From an uncultured Acidobacteriota bacterium (GTDB taxonomy: Bacteria > Acidobacteriota > Vicinamibacteria > Fen-336): a stretch of 64,000 nt of DNA. The position numbers and the translations under genes were made by a program. Below the pieces are notes generated by a model. The model saw only the letters and a program-made list of their open reading frames with translations. It did not search any database and was not told where the DNA came from. The stretch covers positions 2,892 through 66,891 of the forward strand of contig CAZVOI010000304.1 of NCBI GenBank assembly GCA_964628275.1, written 5' to 3'. Shown here piece by piece: positions 33,986-42,862 of the stretch. Position 1 is the first letter of the stretch. Each line of letters opens with the position of its first letter.

Positions 33986-35364
33986 CAAGCCCTGCCCTCG
34001 AGGCGACCCAGCAACGCTTCGCCGGCCCGATGCACCGGGCCGGCGCCCAGCGTCAACACCACGTCGCCCGCGCGCACGGTCTCGAAGAGCCGCTCTCCGG
34101 CCGCGGACAGGTCGCCAGCGAAGATCACGCTCTTGCCCGAGGCGTCCGCGATCGCGACGGCCAGGCGGCGCGAGTCGACGCCGTCGATTTGAGCTTCGCT
34201 GGCCGCGTAGATGTCGACGAGCAGCAGCACGTCGGCGTCGCCAAAGGCCGTCGCGAACTCGTTCCAGAGCGCCTGGGTACGCGTGAAGCGATGCGGTTGA
34301 AACAGCACTACGGTGCGACGCGCCCCCGCGAACGTCCGAAGCATGCGCAGCGTGGCCTCGATCTCGGTCGGATGATGGCCGTAGTCGTCGATCACGACGA
34401 CGTCTCCCGCCGCGCCGAGCCGCTGAAAGCGCCGGTCGACGGTGCGGAAGGCCGCGAGGCCGGCGCGGATCGATTCTGGAGCGACGCCGAGCTCGACAGC
34501 CACCGCCACCGCCGCGAGCGAGTTGACGACGTTATGCGCTCCAGGCACCTGCAAGGTGACCGGGCCCACCGGGCGACCCTCGACAAACGCCGCGTAGCTC
34601 GCCGAAGTGGCGAGAACCCTCACGTCGCGCGCCTGAACGCGAGCCGCCGGACTCAACCCGTAGCTGATGCTGCGTCCGGCCACTTTGCTGATCAGCGCGC
34701 GCGTCGGAGCGTCGTCGGCGCACAAGATGGCGGCGCCTTCTTTCGGCACGCGGTTGGCAAAGTCCAGAAAGACCTGCTTGATGTCGTCGATGTCTCGATA
34801 CGTGTCGAGGTGCTCGCGGTCGATGTTGGTGACGACCGCGAAAGTCGGCGTGAGTTTCAGGAAGGAACGGTCGGACTCGTCGGCCTCGACGACCACGAAC
34901 TCGCTCCGGCCGAGACGAGCGCCCGAGTTCAGGTTGCCGACACGGCCGCCGACCACCAGCGTCGGATCCAGGCCGCCGCTCTCGAGAACCGAGGCGACCA
35001 TCGCCGTGGTGGTGGTCTTGCCGTGGCTTCCGGAGACGGCGACGCTGCGCTTGCCGCGCATCAACTCGGCGAGCATCTCGGCACGCGGCACTACGGGAAT
35101 CGACAGCCGGCGCGCTTCGAGGGCTTCTGGGTTGTCGGCGGTCAAGGCGCTCGTCGTCACCACGACGTGTGCGCCATGAACGTTGCTGGCCGCGTGGCCG
35201 ACGACGATCGTGGCGCCGAGCGCTTGCAGCCGATCGGTCGTGGCGGAGCACTGCTGGTCGGACCCCGACACCACGTCGCCCCGGCCGATCAGGATCTCGG
35301 CGATTGGGCTCATGCCCGAGCCTCCGATGCCGACGAAGTGGACGTGCCGAGGATCTCTCGCCAC
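33985..35364 (-). CDS. murC: UDP-N-acetylmuramate--L-alanine ligase
   Basis: Motifs HFVGIGGSGMSPIAEIL and GSHGKTTTTAM. The GTG at 35364 lies 1 nt after the murG stop. The track ATG at 35412 would overlap murG by 47 nt. Confidence 0.92.
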   Translation of the reverse strand: MARDPRHVHFVGIGGSGMSPIAEILIGRGDVVSGSDQQCSATTDRLQALGATIVVGHAASNVHGAHVVVTTSALTADNPEALEARRLSIPVVPRAEMLAELMRGKRSVAVSGSHGKTTTTAMVASVLESGGLDPTLVVGGRVGNLNSGARLGRSEFVVVEADESDRSFLKLTPTFAVVTNIDREHLDTYRDIDDIKQVFLDFANRVPKEGAAILCADDAPTRALISKVAGRSISYGLSPAARVQARDVRVLATSASYAAFVEGRPVGPVTLQVPGAHNVVNSLAAVAVAVELGVAPESIRAGLAAFRTVDRRFQRLGAAGDVVVIDDYGHHPTEIEATLRMLRTFAGARRTVVLFQPHRFTRTQALWNEFATAFGDADVLLLVDIYAASEAQIDGVDSRRLAVAIADASGKSVIFAGDLSAAGERLFETVRAGDVVLTLGAGPVHRAGEALLGRLEGRA

Positions 35365-35365
35365 G

Positions 35366-36436
35366 TCACGCGGCCTTTCCTTCCAGGAGATCGGCGACGC
35401 GGGCGGCCGCATCCGGCCGGGCCATCCGCCGGGCCGCCTGTTCCATCGCCACGAGCCGCGCGGGGTCGGCGAGCAGCTCGCGAACCGCGTCGGCGAGCCG
35501 GCGACCGGTGAGGTCCGGCTCTTCGATCATGCGCGCGGCGCCGGCCGTCTGCATCGCGCGGGCGTTCTTACGCTGGTGGTCCTCCGCCGAGCGCCCGAAC
35601 GGAACCAGGATCGCGGCCTTTCCGGCGACCTGCAGCTCCGCGCAGCTGGTTGCGCCGCTGCGGCACACCACCAGATCGGCCGCAGCCAGCCGGGCTTCCA
35701 TGTCGTCCAGGAACGCCACGACTTCGGCGGCGCGGCCAGCCTGGGCATACGCGGCCGCGACGCTCTCGCGCAGGGCCTCGCCGGTCTGGTGGACGACCGT
35801 GAGCATGTCCGCGGTCGGAAGCAAAGGCAGTGCAGCCACGACGGCGTCGTTGAGGATCCGCGAGCCCTGGCTGCCGCCGAACACCAGCAGCGTGAACGGC
35901 GCGCGATGTGGTTTGGCCGGACTCGAGGCGAAGCCGCCGCGAACCGGATTGCCGGTGACGACGCCCTTGGCCGCGAAGTAGGCGCCCGCTTCCTCCCAGG
36001 CGCAGGCCGCCTTGCCGACGAAGGGCTTCAGCACGCGGTTCGTGAAGCCGGGACGGGCGTTCGGCTCGAGGATCACCGTGCGCACTCCGAAAAACGCCGC
36101 CACCAGCACGAGCGGGCCGCCGGCGTAGCCGCCGACGCCGAGAACCGCGTCTGGCCGCGTGCGGCGGACGAGCAGCGCGGCGCGGAGCAGGCCCCACGGC
36201 AAAGCCAGCAAGCCGCGCAGCAACCGAAGCAGCCCGACCTGGTTGAGCGGCAGGATCGGCAGCAGCTCGAGCGCGCGCCCGCCCTTCGGCAGGAGTCGCG
36301 CCTCGAGGCCGCGCGCGGTTCCCACGAAGACGACGCGCGCGGCGGGATCGCGGCGCTCGATCTCTTCGGCGACGGCGATGCCGGGAAACAGATGGCCGCC
36401 GGTGCCGCCCGCAGCGATGAGGATCGTCCGCGCCAT
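35366..36436 (-). CDS. murG: Undecaprenyldiphospho-muramoylpentapeptide beta-N-acetylglucosaminyltransferase
   Basis: Motif AAGGTGGHLFPGIAVAEE. 356 aa. Directly abuts ftsW. Confidence 0.93.
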   Translation of the reverse strand: MARTILIAAGGTGGHLFPGIAVAEEIERRDPAARVVFVGTARGLEARLLPKGGRALELLPILPLNQVGLLRLLRGLLALPWGLLRAALLVRRTRPDAVLGVGGYAGGPLVLVAAFFGVRTVILEPNARPGFTNRVLKPFVGKAACAWEEAGAYFAAKGVVTGNPVRGGFASSPAKPHRAPFTLLVFGGSQGSRILNDAVVAALPLLPTADMLTVVHQTGEALRESVAAAYAQAGRAAEVVAFLDDMEARLAAADLVVCRSGATSCAELQVAGKAAILVPFGRSAEDHQRKNARAMQTAGAARMIEEPDLTGRRLADAVRELLADPARLVAMEQAARRMARPDAAARVADLLEGKAA

Positions 36437-37528
36437 TCAGTCGCCATGCTGGGAGACGTTCAGGATCACGCCCACCGCCACGAGCGTGATGAAGAGAGAA
36501 GAGCCGCCGGCGGAGAGAAACGGAAGCGGGATCCCCTTGGTGGGCAGCAGGCCGAGCACGACGCTGATGTTGACCAGCGCCTGTAGCGTGATCTCGAGGG
36601 TGAGGCCGATCGCGAGGAGCGTGCCGAAGCGGTCAGGGGCCTTCCAGGCCGCGCGCACGCCGCGCCACAGGAAGAAGATGAAGGCCGAGACCACGGCCAC
36701 AGCCCCGAGCAGGCCCAGTTCTTCGCCGATCACGGCGAAGATGAAGTCGCTGTACGGGTAGGGCAGATAGAAGAGCTTCTGCCGGCCCTCCATTAGACCG
36801 ACGCCGTGCACGCCGCCGGTGCCGACCGCGATCAGGCTCTGGATGATCTGGTAGCCCGCGCCGAGCGCGTCGAAGCCCGGATTCAAGAACGCCTCGATCC
36901 GGTCGCGCCGGTAGGCGGCTCCCATCACCGCGCGATACAGAACGAAGGCGCCCGGGACAGCGAGTGCCGCGAAGTAGCGAAGCCGCACACCCGCGATGAA
37001 CAGCATCACCGCGCCGACACCGCAGATCGTCGCCGCCGTGCCGAGGTCGGGTTGGATGTAGATGAGAAACGCGAACCAGCCCAGCAGCAAGAGCGCTGGG
37101 AAGACCGAGGGCAAGAACTCGTTGACGCGGGTCGCCTTTCGCTCGAGGTGGTAGGCGAGGAACAAGATCACCACGAGCTTCGCCATCTCGGCGGGCTGGA
37201 ACGAAAGCGAGCCCAGTCGTATCCAGCGGTGGGTGTCATTCACCGGGCGCAGGAACAACACCAGCACCAAGAACGCCGTGGTCACGATCACGGCGCCGTA
37301 GACACAGCGCGGGTCGCGCAGCTTGCGGTAGTCGGTCCGCATCGCCACGGCCATCCCGCAGAGCCCCAGCGCGCACCACAGCCCTTGACGGATCAGGAAG
37401 TAATGCGGCGTGCCGTGGTTCTCCTGGGCCAGCGCCGAGCTGGCGCTCCACACCATCACCAGACCCAGGCCCAGGAGCGCCGCCGTCACGGCGAATAGGC
37501 CTTGGTCGCTCTGGAGCTTCTTAGCCAC
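36437..37528 (-). CDS. ftsW: SEDS-family cell division peptidoglycan polymerase FtsW
   Basis: 363 aa, about 10 TM helices, motif LLPTKGIPLPFLSAGGSSL. Position in the dcw cluster fits. Confidence 0.9.
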   Translation of the reverse strand: MAKKLQSDQGLFAVTAALLGLGLVMVWSASSALAQENHGTPHYFLIRQGLWCALGLCGMAVAMRTDYRKLRDPRCVYGAVIVTTAFLVLVLFLRPVNDTHRWIRLGSLSFQPAEMAKLVVILFLAYHLERKATRVNEFLPSVFPALLLLGWFAFLIYIQPDLGTAATICGVGAVMLFIAGVRLRYFAALAVPGAFVLYRAVMGAAYRRDRIEAFLNPGFDALGAGYQIIQSLIAVGTGGVHGVGLMEGRQKLFYLPYPYSDFIFAVIGEELGLLGAVAVVSAFIFFLWRGVRAAWKAPDRFGTLLAIGLTLEITLQALVNISVVLGLLPTKGIPLPFLSAGGSSLFITLVAVGVILNVSQHGD

Positions 37529-38873
37529 GAAGCGCCTCGACCGCTTGCCGGAACGCGGCGCCGCGCGCGGCGTAGTCCGCGAACATGTCGAACGACGAAC
37601 AGCCCGGCGCCAGCAGCACCGCCTCGCCCGGCTTGGCCAGAGCGAAGGCGTGTTCGACGGCGTCGCGCAACGACTCGCAGCGAACGACGCTGACGACCTC
37701 GCCGAGCGCTTGGCTGATGCGGTCGCGCGTTTCGCCGATCGCGAGCACCTGCTTTAGCCGCGAGGCCAGCTCGCGCAGGTCGCGGAACTCGCCGCCCTTG
37801 TAGCGGCCGCCGAGGATCAGGTGTGTCGGGCGATCCATCGCGAGCACGCTCTCGCGGGCCGCCGCGACGTTGGTGGCCTTGGAGTCGTTGAAGAAGACGA
37901 CGCCGTTCCTCTCGCCGACGCGCTCGAGCACGTGCGGAATCCCCGCGAACGACGCGACCGCGCGCGCGACGTCACCCGATGAAGCGCCGAGCAGCCGCGC
38001 GGCGCTGGCGGCGAGCAGCAGGTCGAAGGCGAGATGCCGGCCCGGCAGTCTCACGCTCGAAAGCGCGAACAACCGCTCCTTGGAGCCGGCGAGGCGCGCC
38101 CAGGCCATGCCCGCTTCGAAGAAGGCCGCGTCGCCGTCGCCCGGGTCGCGCTCGCCGACCCGGACCAGGCGGGCGCGTCCGGCTCGAGCCAGCGCCAGCA
38201 CCTGCGGATCGTCCGCGTTGACGACCGCGAAGTCTTCGGCTGTCTGGTTCGCGAAGACACGCGCCTTGGCGGCCGCATACTCCGCGAAGCTCTGGTGCCG
38301 GTCCAGGTGGTCGGGCGAGAGGTTCGTGAAGACCGCGAGCCGCGGATGAAAGTCTCGCGTGCCCTCCAGCTGGAAGCTCGATGCCTCGAGGACGAAGGTG
38401 GTGGCGGCCGTGGCGCCCTCCAGCAGCCCGGTCACGGGACGGCCGATGTTGCCGCCCACGCGCACGTCGCCTCCGCGCGCGCGCAGCATGTCGCCGAGTG
38501 CCGCGGTGGTCGTGGACTTGCCCTTGGTGCCGGTGACGGCGGCAATGCCGCCCTCGATGAAGCGCGCGCCCAGCTCGAGCTCCGCCAGCACCGGCGTGCC
38601 GCGAGCGCGCGCGGCAGCGAGCCCCGCCAGCTGCCACGGCACTCCGGGCGACACGACCACGAGATCCGCCGCTTCGAAGAGAGCGGGCGGGTGCGGCCCG
38701 AGCGCGAGCGTGACGCCCAGCGAGGCGAGACTCAGGGCCGCCTCCGCGAGCTGCTGCGCCGGCTTCCGGTCGGCGGCGACGACGCGCCCGCCCCGGCTCG
38801 CGAGAAGACGCGCCGCCGCAACGCCCGACCGCGCAAGACCAACCACCACGATGCGTTGCCCCGCCACATCCAT
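37521..38873 (-). CDS. murD: UDP-N-acetylmuramoylalanine--D-glutamate ligase
   Basis: Motifs VVGLARSGVAAARLL and VTGTKGKSTTTA. Confidence 0.93.
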   Translation of the reverse strand: MDVAGQRIVVVGLARSGVAAARLLASRGGRVVAADRKPAQQLAEAALSLASLGVTLALGPHPPALFEAADLVVVSPGVPWQLAGLAAARARGTPVLAELELGARFIEGGIAAVTGTKGKSTTTAALGDMLRARGGDVRVGGNIGRPVTGLLEGATAATTFVLEASSFQLEGTRDFHPRLAVFTNLSPDHLDRHQSFAEYAAAKARVFANQTAEDFAVVNADDPQVLALARAGRARLVRVGERDPGDGDAAFFEAGMAWARLAGSKERLFALSSVRLPGRHLAFDLLLAASAARLLGASSGDVARAVASFAGIPHVLERVGERNGVVFFNDSKATNVAAARESVLAMDRPTHLILGGRYKGGEFRDLRELASRLKQVLAIGETRDRISQALGEVVSVVRCESLRDAVEHAFALAKPGEAVLLAPGCSSFDMFADYAARGAAFRQAVEALRG

Positions 38874-38894
38874 GGAGCCTTCATTCCCCTCCGC

Positions 38895-39986
38895 TCATCG
38901 AAGCTTCAGCGTCGTGAGCGCAAACAGCGCGAAGATGAAGGCGACGATCCAGAAACGGATGATGATCTGCGGCTCTTTCCAGCCGATCAGCTCGAAGTGA
39001 TGGTGGAGCGGCGCCATCCGGAAGACGCGCTTGCCGGTCAGCTTGAACGACGCGACCTGCAGCATCACCGAGCAGGCTTCGACCACGAACAGGCCGCCCA
39101 CCAGGAACAGCAGCAGCTCTTGCTTGATCAGGATCGCCAGCGTGCCGAGCGCGCCGCCGAGCGAGAGGCTGCCGACGTCGCCCATGAAGATCTGCGCCGG
39201 GTAGCAGTTCCACCAAAGGAACCCCATCGACGCGCCCACCATCGCGCCGCAGAAGACCGTCAGCTCGCCGGCGCCGGGCAGGAACAAGAAGTCCAGGTAG
39301 TCCGAGAAGATCTTGTGCCCGCTCACGTACGTGAGCGCCGTCAGCGCCGCGGCCGCGATCAGCGTCGTCCCGATCGCGAGACCGTCCAAGCCGTCCGTCA
39401 GGTTGACGGCGTTGCTCGCGAACACGATCACGAGCGCCGCGAACCCGATGTAGAGCAGCCCCAAATCCGGCCGCAGCGTCTTCAAGAACGGCAACACTAC
39501 GCGCGTCGAATAGGCGGTCGGGTCGCTCTGCGCGAGCGCGTAGATCACGCCGCCGACGGACAGCCCCACCGCGAACTGTCCGACGAGCTTGCGGCGCGCC
39601 GTGAGACCGAGGTTTTGCTTGCGCGCGACCTTGGTGTAGTCGTCCCAGAAGCCGATCGCTCCAAAGGCGAGCGTCGCTAGCATCAGGATCCAGACGTTGC
39701 GGTTGGTGAGGTCCGACCACAGCAGCGTCGGGACCAGGATCCCAACCAGGATCAGCACGCCGCCCATGGTCGGTGTGCCGGCCTTGGCTTTGTGGCTCTG
39801 CGGCCCTTCGTCGCGGATGTACTGGCCGATCTGGAAAGCGCGTAGCCGTTCGATCATCCAGGGCCCGAGCAGCAGAACCAGGAACAGGGCGGTCAGGCTC
39901 GCCAGCGCGGTGCGGAAGGTGATGTAGCGAACGACGTTCAGGACCGTCAGCTCGTGCCGGAAGGCGGTCAAGAAGTGGTAGAGCAC
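38895..39986 (-). CDS. mraY: Phospho-N-acetylmuramoyl-pentapeptide transferase
   Basis: Motifs [29 protein letters not shown]. Confidence 0.95.
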   Translation of the reverse strand: MLYHFLTAFRHELTVLNVVRYITFRTALASLTALFLVLLLGPWMIERLRAFQIGQYIRDEGPQSHKAKAGTPTMGGVLILVGILVPTLLWSDLTNRNVWILMLATLAFGAIGFWDDYTKVARKQNLGLTARRKLVGQFAVGLSVGGVIYALAQSDPTAYSTRVVLPFLKTLRPDLGLLYIGFAALVIVFASNAVNLTDGLDGLAIGTTLIAAAALTALTYVSGHKIFSDYLDFLFLPGAGELTVFCGAMVGASMGFLWWNCYPAQIFMGDVGSLSLGGALGTLAILIKQELLLFLVGGLFVVEACSVMLQVASFKLTGKRVFRMAPLHHHFELIGWKEPQIIIRFWIVAFIFALFALTTLKLR

Positions 39987-41387
39987 TCATGCCTCGAGCA
40001 GGCCGAAGCGCGCCACCAGCGCGTCGACGACCTGTTCCATGCGCATCCCGCGGGAGCCCTTCACGAGCACCGCGTCGCCGGGCTCGACGAGCCCGATGGC
40101 CTCCGCCGCTTGCGCGGCATCGGGAAACCAGTGGAGCCCCGAGGTCTGCAAGCCCGCCTTGCCCGCGCCCTTGACGAGAGCGGCCGAGAGTGCTCCGACA
40201 CCAACGAGCGTCTGAAGGCCCTGGGCGACGCTCGACCCGGTCCCTTCATGCAGCCGGATCGCGTCCTTGCCGAGCTCGAGCATGTCGCCGAGAAACGCGA
40301 CACGTCGGCCGGGCGCCGCCAGCTCGAGCGAAGCGATCGCAGCCTCGACGGCAACCGGGTTCGAGTTGTAGCTGTCGTCGATCAGCGTGACGCCTTGGCG
40401 GAGCCGCAGCGTCTGGCCGCGGTGCGGCGCGGGCGCCAAATGAGAAGCCGTTTCGGCGATTGCCTCGGCATCGACGCCGAGCCGGAGCGCGGCGGCGGCG
40501 GCGGCCAGGAAGTTCGAGACGAAATGGAAACCCGCCAGTGACAACGCAACGTCGAAGCCCTTGCCGTCGAGCCATAGATCGAAGCGCACGCCGTGGGCGG
40601 TTCCGCGTAGGCTCTCGGCCGAGACGTCGCAGCGCCGGTCGCGGCCGAACCACACCACGTCGCCGCGGTGGCCTTCGCCGATCGCTCGCACGCGCAGGTC
40701 GTCGAAGTTCAGCACCGCCGCGCCGAAAGGCCGCAGGCCCTCGAGGATCTCCGCTTTGGCGCGTCCGATCGCTTCGAGCGAGTCGAAGAACTCGAGATGC
40801 ACCGGTGCCACGTTGCAGATCACCGCCACGTCGGGCTGCGCCATCCGTGTGAGCAAGCTCAGCTCGCCGGGCGCCGACATGCCCAGCTCGAGCACGGCGG
40901 CGGTGTGCTCAGGCTTCAGGCGGAACAGCGTCAGCGGCACGCCGTAGCGGTTGTTGAGGTTCCCATCGGTCTTCAGCACCGGCCCGCGCGTCTCGAGCAG
41001 CGCCGCGGTCATCTCCTTGGTCGTGGTCTTGCCAACCGAACCGGTGATCGCGACGAGCGGCAGGCCAGAGGCGAGACGCAGGTGGCGCGCCAGGTCGGTG
41101 AGCGCTTGAGTCGTGTTCTCGACGCGCACCAGGTCGAGCCCGGGAGGACCGATGACCTCCTGCGAGACGAACGCCGCGACGGCCCCCTTGGCCGAGGCGT
41201 TCGCCACGAAGTCGTGGCCGTTGAAGCGTGGCCCCGCCACGGCCACGAAAAGGTCCCCGGGCTGAAGCGTCCGCGTGTCGATCGAGATCCCCGAGATCTC
41301 GCGATCGGCCCGGCCGGTCAGCAGCTTGCCGTTCGCTGCGCCCACCAGTTCCTCGAGAACCAACGTCGGGGGCAGTGCCACGATCAC
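39987..41387 (-). CDS. murF: UDP-N-acetylmuramoyl-tripeptide--D-alanyl-D-alanine ligase
   Basis: Motif ITGSVGKTTTKEM. 466 aa. Abuts mraY. Confidence 0.9.
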   Translation of the reverse strand: MIVALPPTLVLEELVGAANGKLLTGRADREISGISIDTRTLQPGDLFVAVAGPRFNGHDFVANASAKGAVAAFVSQEVIGPPGLDLVRVENTTQALTDLARHLRLASGLPLVAITGSVGKTTTKEMTAALLETRGPVLKTDGNLNNRYGVPLTLFRLKPEHTAAVLELGMSAPGELSLLTRMAQPDVAVICNVAPVHLEFFDSLEAIGRAKAEILEGLRPFGAAVLNFDDLRVRAIGEGHRGDVVWFGRDRRCDVSAESLRGTAHGVRFDLWLDGKGFDVALSLAGFHFVSNFLAAAAAALRLGVDAEAIAETASHLAPAPHRGQTLRLRQGVTLIDDSYNSNPVAVEAAIASLELAAPGRRVAFLGDMLELGKDAIRLHEGTGSSVAQGLQTLVGVGALSAALVKGAGKAGLQTSGLHWFPDAAQAAEAIGLVEPGDAVLVKGSRGMRMEQVVDALVARFGLLEA

Positions 41388-42862
41388 GCCCTCGATCCGC
41401 GCAGCAACTTCTGCAGCGCTTCGCGTGCGACCTGACGGTCGTCGAAGGGAACCGTGCGATCGCGCAGCACCTGGTAGGCCTCATGGCCCTTGCCAGCCAG
41501 CACCACGGCGTCGCCGGGCCTGGCCAGCTCGACAGCGCGCGCGATCGCGTCGCGGCGGTCCACGATCACGTGGCGCTCGGCGCGGCGGCCGCCGTTCACG
41601 CCCCGCAGGATCTCCTCCACGATCGATTCGGGGGGCTCGCTGCGCGGGTTGTCGGAGGTGATCACGATCACGTCCGAGAGCCGGGCCGCCACCGCGCCCA
41701 TCAGCGGGCGCTTGGTGCGGTCGCGGTCGCCGCCGCAACCGAACACCGTGATGATGCGGCTCGGGGCGAGATCGCGCACCGTCTCGAGCAGGTTGCGGAG
41801 CGCGTCGTCGGTGTGCGCGTAGTCGACGATGATCGCGAAGTCCTGACCCGTCTCGACGCGTTCCATTCGGCCCGGCACGCCGCGCATCGACTGGAGCCCG
41901 CGCACCGCCGTCTCGGGGTCGATGCCGAGCGCGAGCGCCGCCGCCAGCGCGGCCAGCAGGTTCTGCACGTTGAAGCGCCCGAGCAGTGCAGAGTCGATCG
42001 GCAGATCGCCTGCCGGTGTGCGCGCCACCAAGCGGGAGCCCGAGATCGTGAGCTGCACGTCGCGGGCGCTGATGTCGGCGGGCTTCTCGATCCCATAGCT
42101 GACGACCCGGCCGCGACTCGCCGCAGCGAGCTCGGCGGCGCGGCCGTCGTCGGCGTTGATCACGGCGACGCCGTCCTCGCGCAACAGCGACGCGAACAGC
42201 AGCCGCTTGGCCGCGAAGTAGCCGTCCATGTCGCCGTGAAAGTCGAGGTGGTCGCGCGTCAGGTTCGTGAACACGGCGATCTTGAACGCGCACCCGTGAA
42301 CACGTCGGAGCGCCAGCGAGTGCGACGAGACCTCGAGCACCGCGTGCGAGCAGCGCGCGTCCACCATCTCGCGGAACAGCTCCTGGAGGTCGGAGGACTC
42401 GGGCGTCGTGCGCGACGATTCGCTGAGACGGTCGGCGACGCGGTACTGGATCGTGCCGATCAGGCCCACGCGCTTCGCTGCGGCGCGCAGCGCGGCATCG
42501 ATCAGGTAAGTCGTCGTGGTCTTGCCGTTCGTGCCGGTCACTCCCACCAGCTCGAGCGAGCGCGCGGGTTCGCCCAGGAACGCCGCGGACAGGATGGCGA
42601 GGGCCTCGCGGGCGTCTTTGACCTGAAGCCAGGGCGCCGCGGCGCCGTGGGGTGCTGCGTGCTCGGAGACGATCGCGGCGGCTCCCTTCTTGCGGGCCGC
42701 TTCCACGAACTGGTTCCCGTCGGCGACCAGGCCGCGGATCGCAACGAACAGTTCTCCCGGCTTCAGCGTGCGTGAGTCGTGCCCGATGCCGAGCACGACG
42801 CTGCCAGGGTCGCCGAAGAGGCGCGCGCCCGGAACGGTGGCGGCGAGCTCGCCGAGCTTCAA
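41384..42862 (-). CDS. murE: UDP-N-acetylmuramoyl-L-alanyl-D-glutamate--2,6-diaminopimelate ligase
   Basis: Motifs VTGTNGKTTTTYL, DNPRSE, and the meso-DAP-type region GKGHE. Confidence 0.92.
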   Translation of the reverse strand: MKLGELAATVPGARLFGDPGSVVLGIGHDSRTLKPGELFVAIRGLVADGNQFVEAARKKGAAAIVSEHAAPHGAAAPWLQVKDAREALAILSAAFLGEPARSLELVGVTGTNGKTTTTYLIDAALRAAAKRVGLIGTIQYRVADRLSESSRTTPESSDLQELFREMVDARCSHAVLEVSSHSLALRRVHGCAFKIAVFTNLTRDHLDFHGDMDGYFAAKRLLFASLLREDGVAVINADDGRAAELAAASRGRVVSYGIEKPADISARDVQLTISGSRLVARTPAGDLPIDSALLGRFNVQNLLAALAAALALGIDPETAVRGLQSMRGVPGRMERVETGQDFAIIVDYAHTDDALRNLLETVRDLAPSRIITVFGCGGDRDRTKRPLMGAVAARLSDVIVITSDNPRSEPPESIVEEILRGVNGGRRAERHVIVDRRDAIARAVELARPGDAVVLAGKGHEAYQVLRDRTVPFDDRQVAREALQKLLRGSRA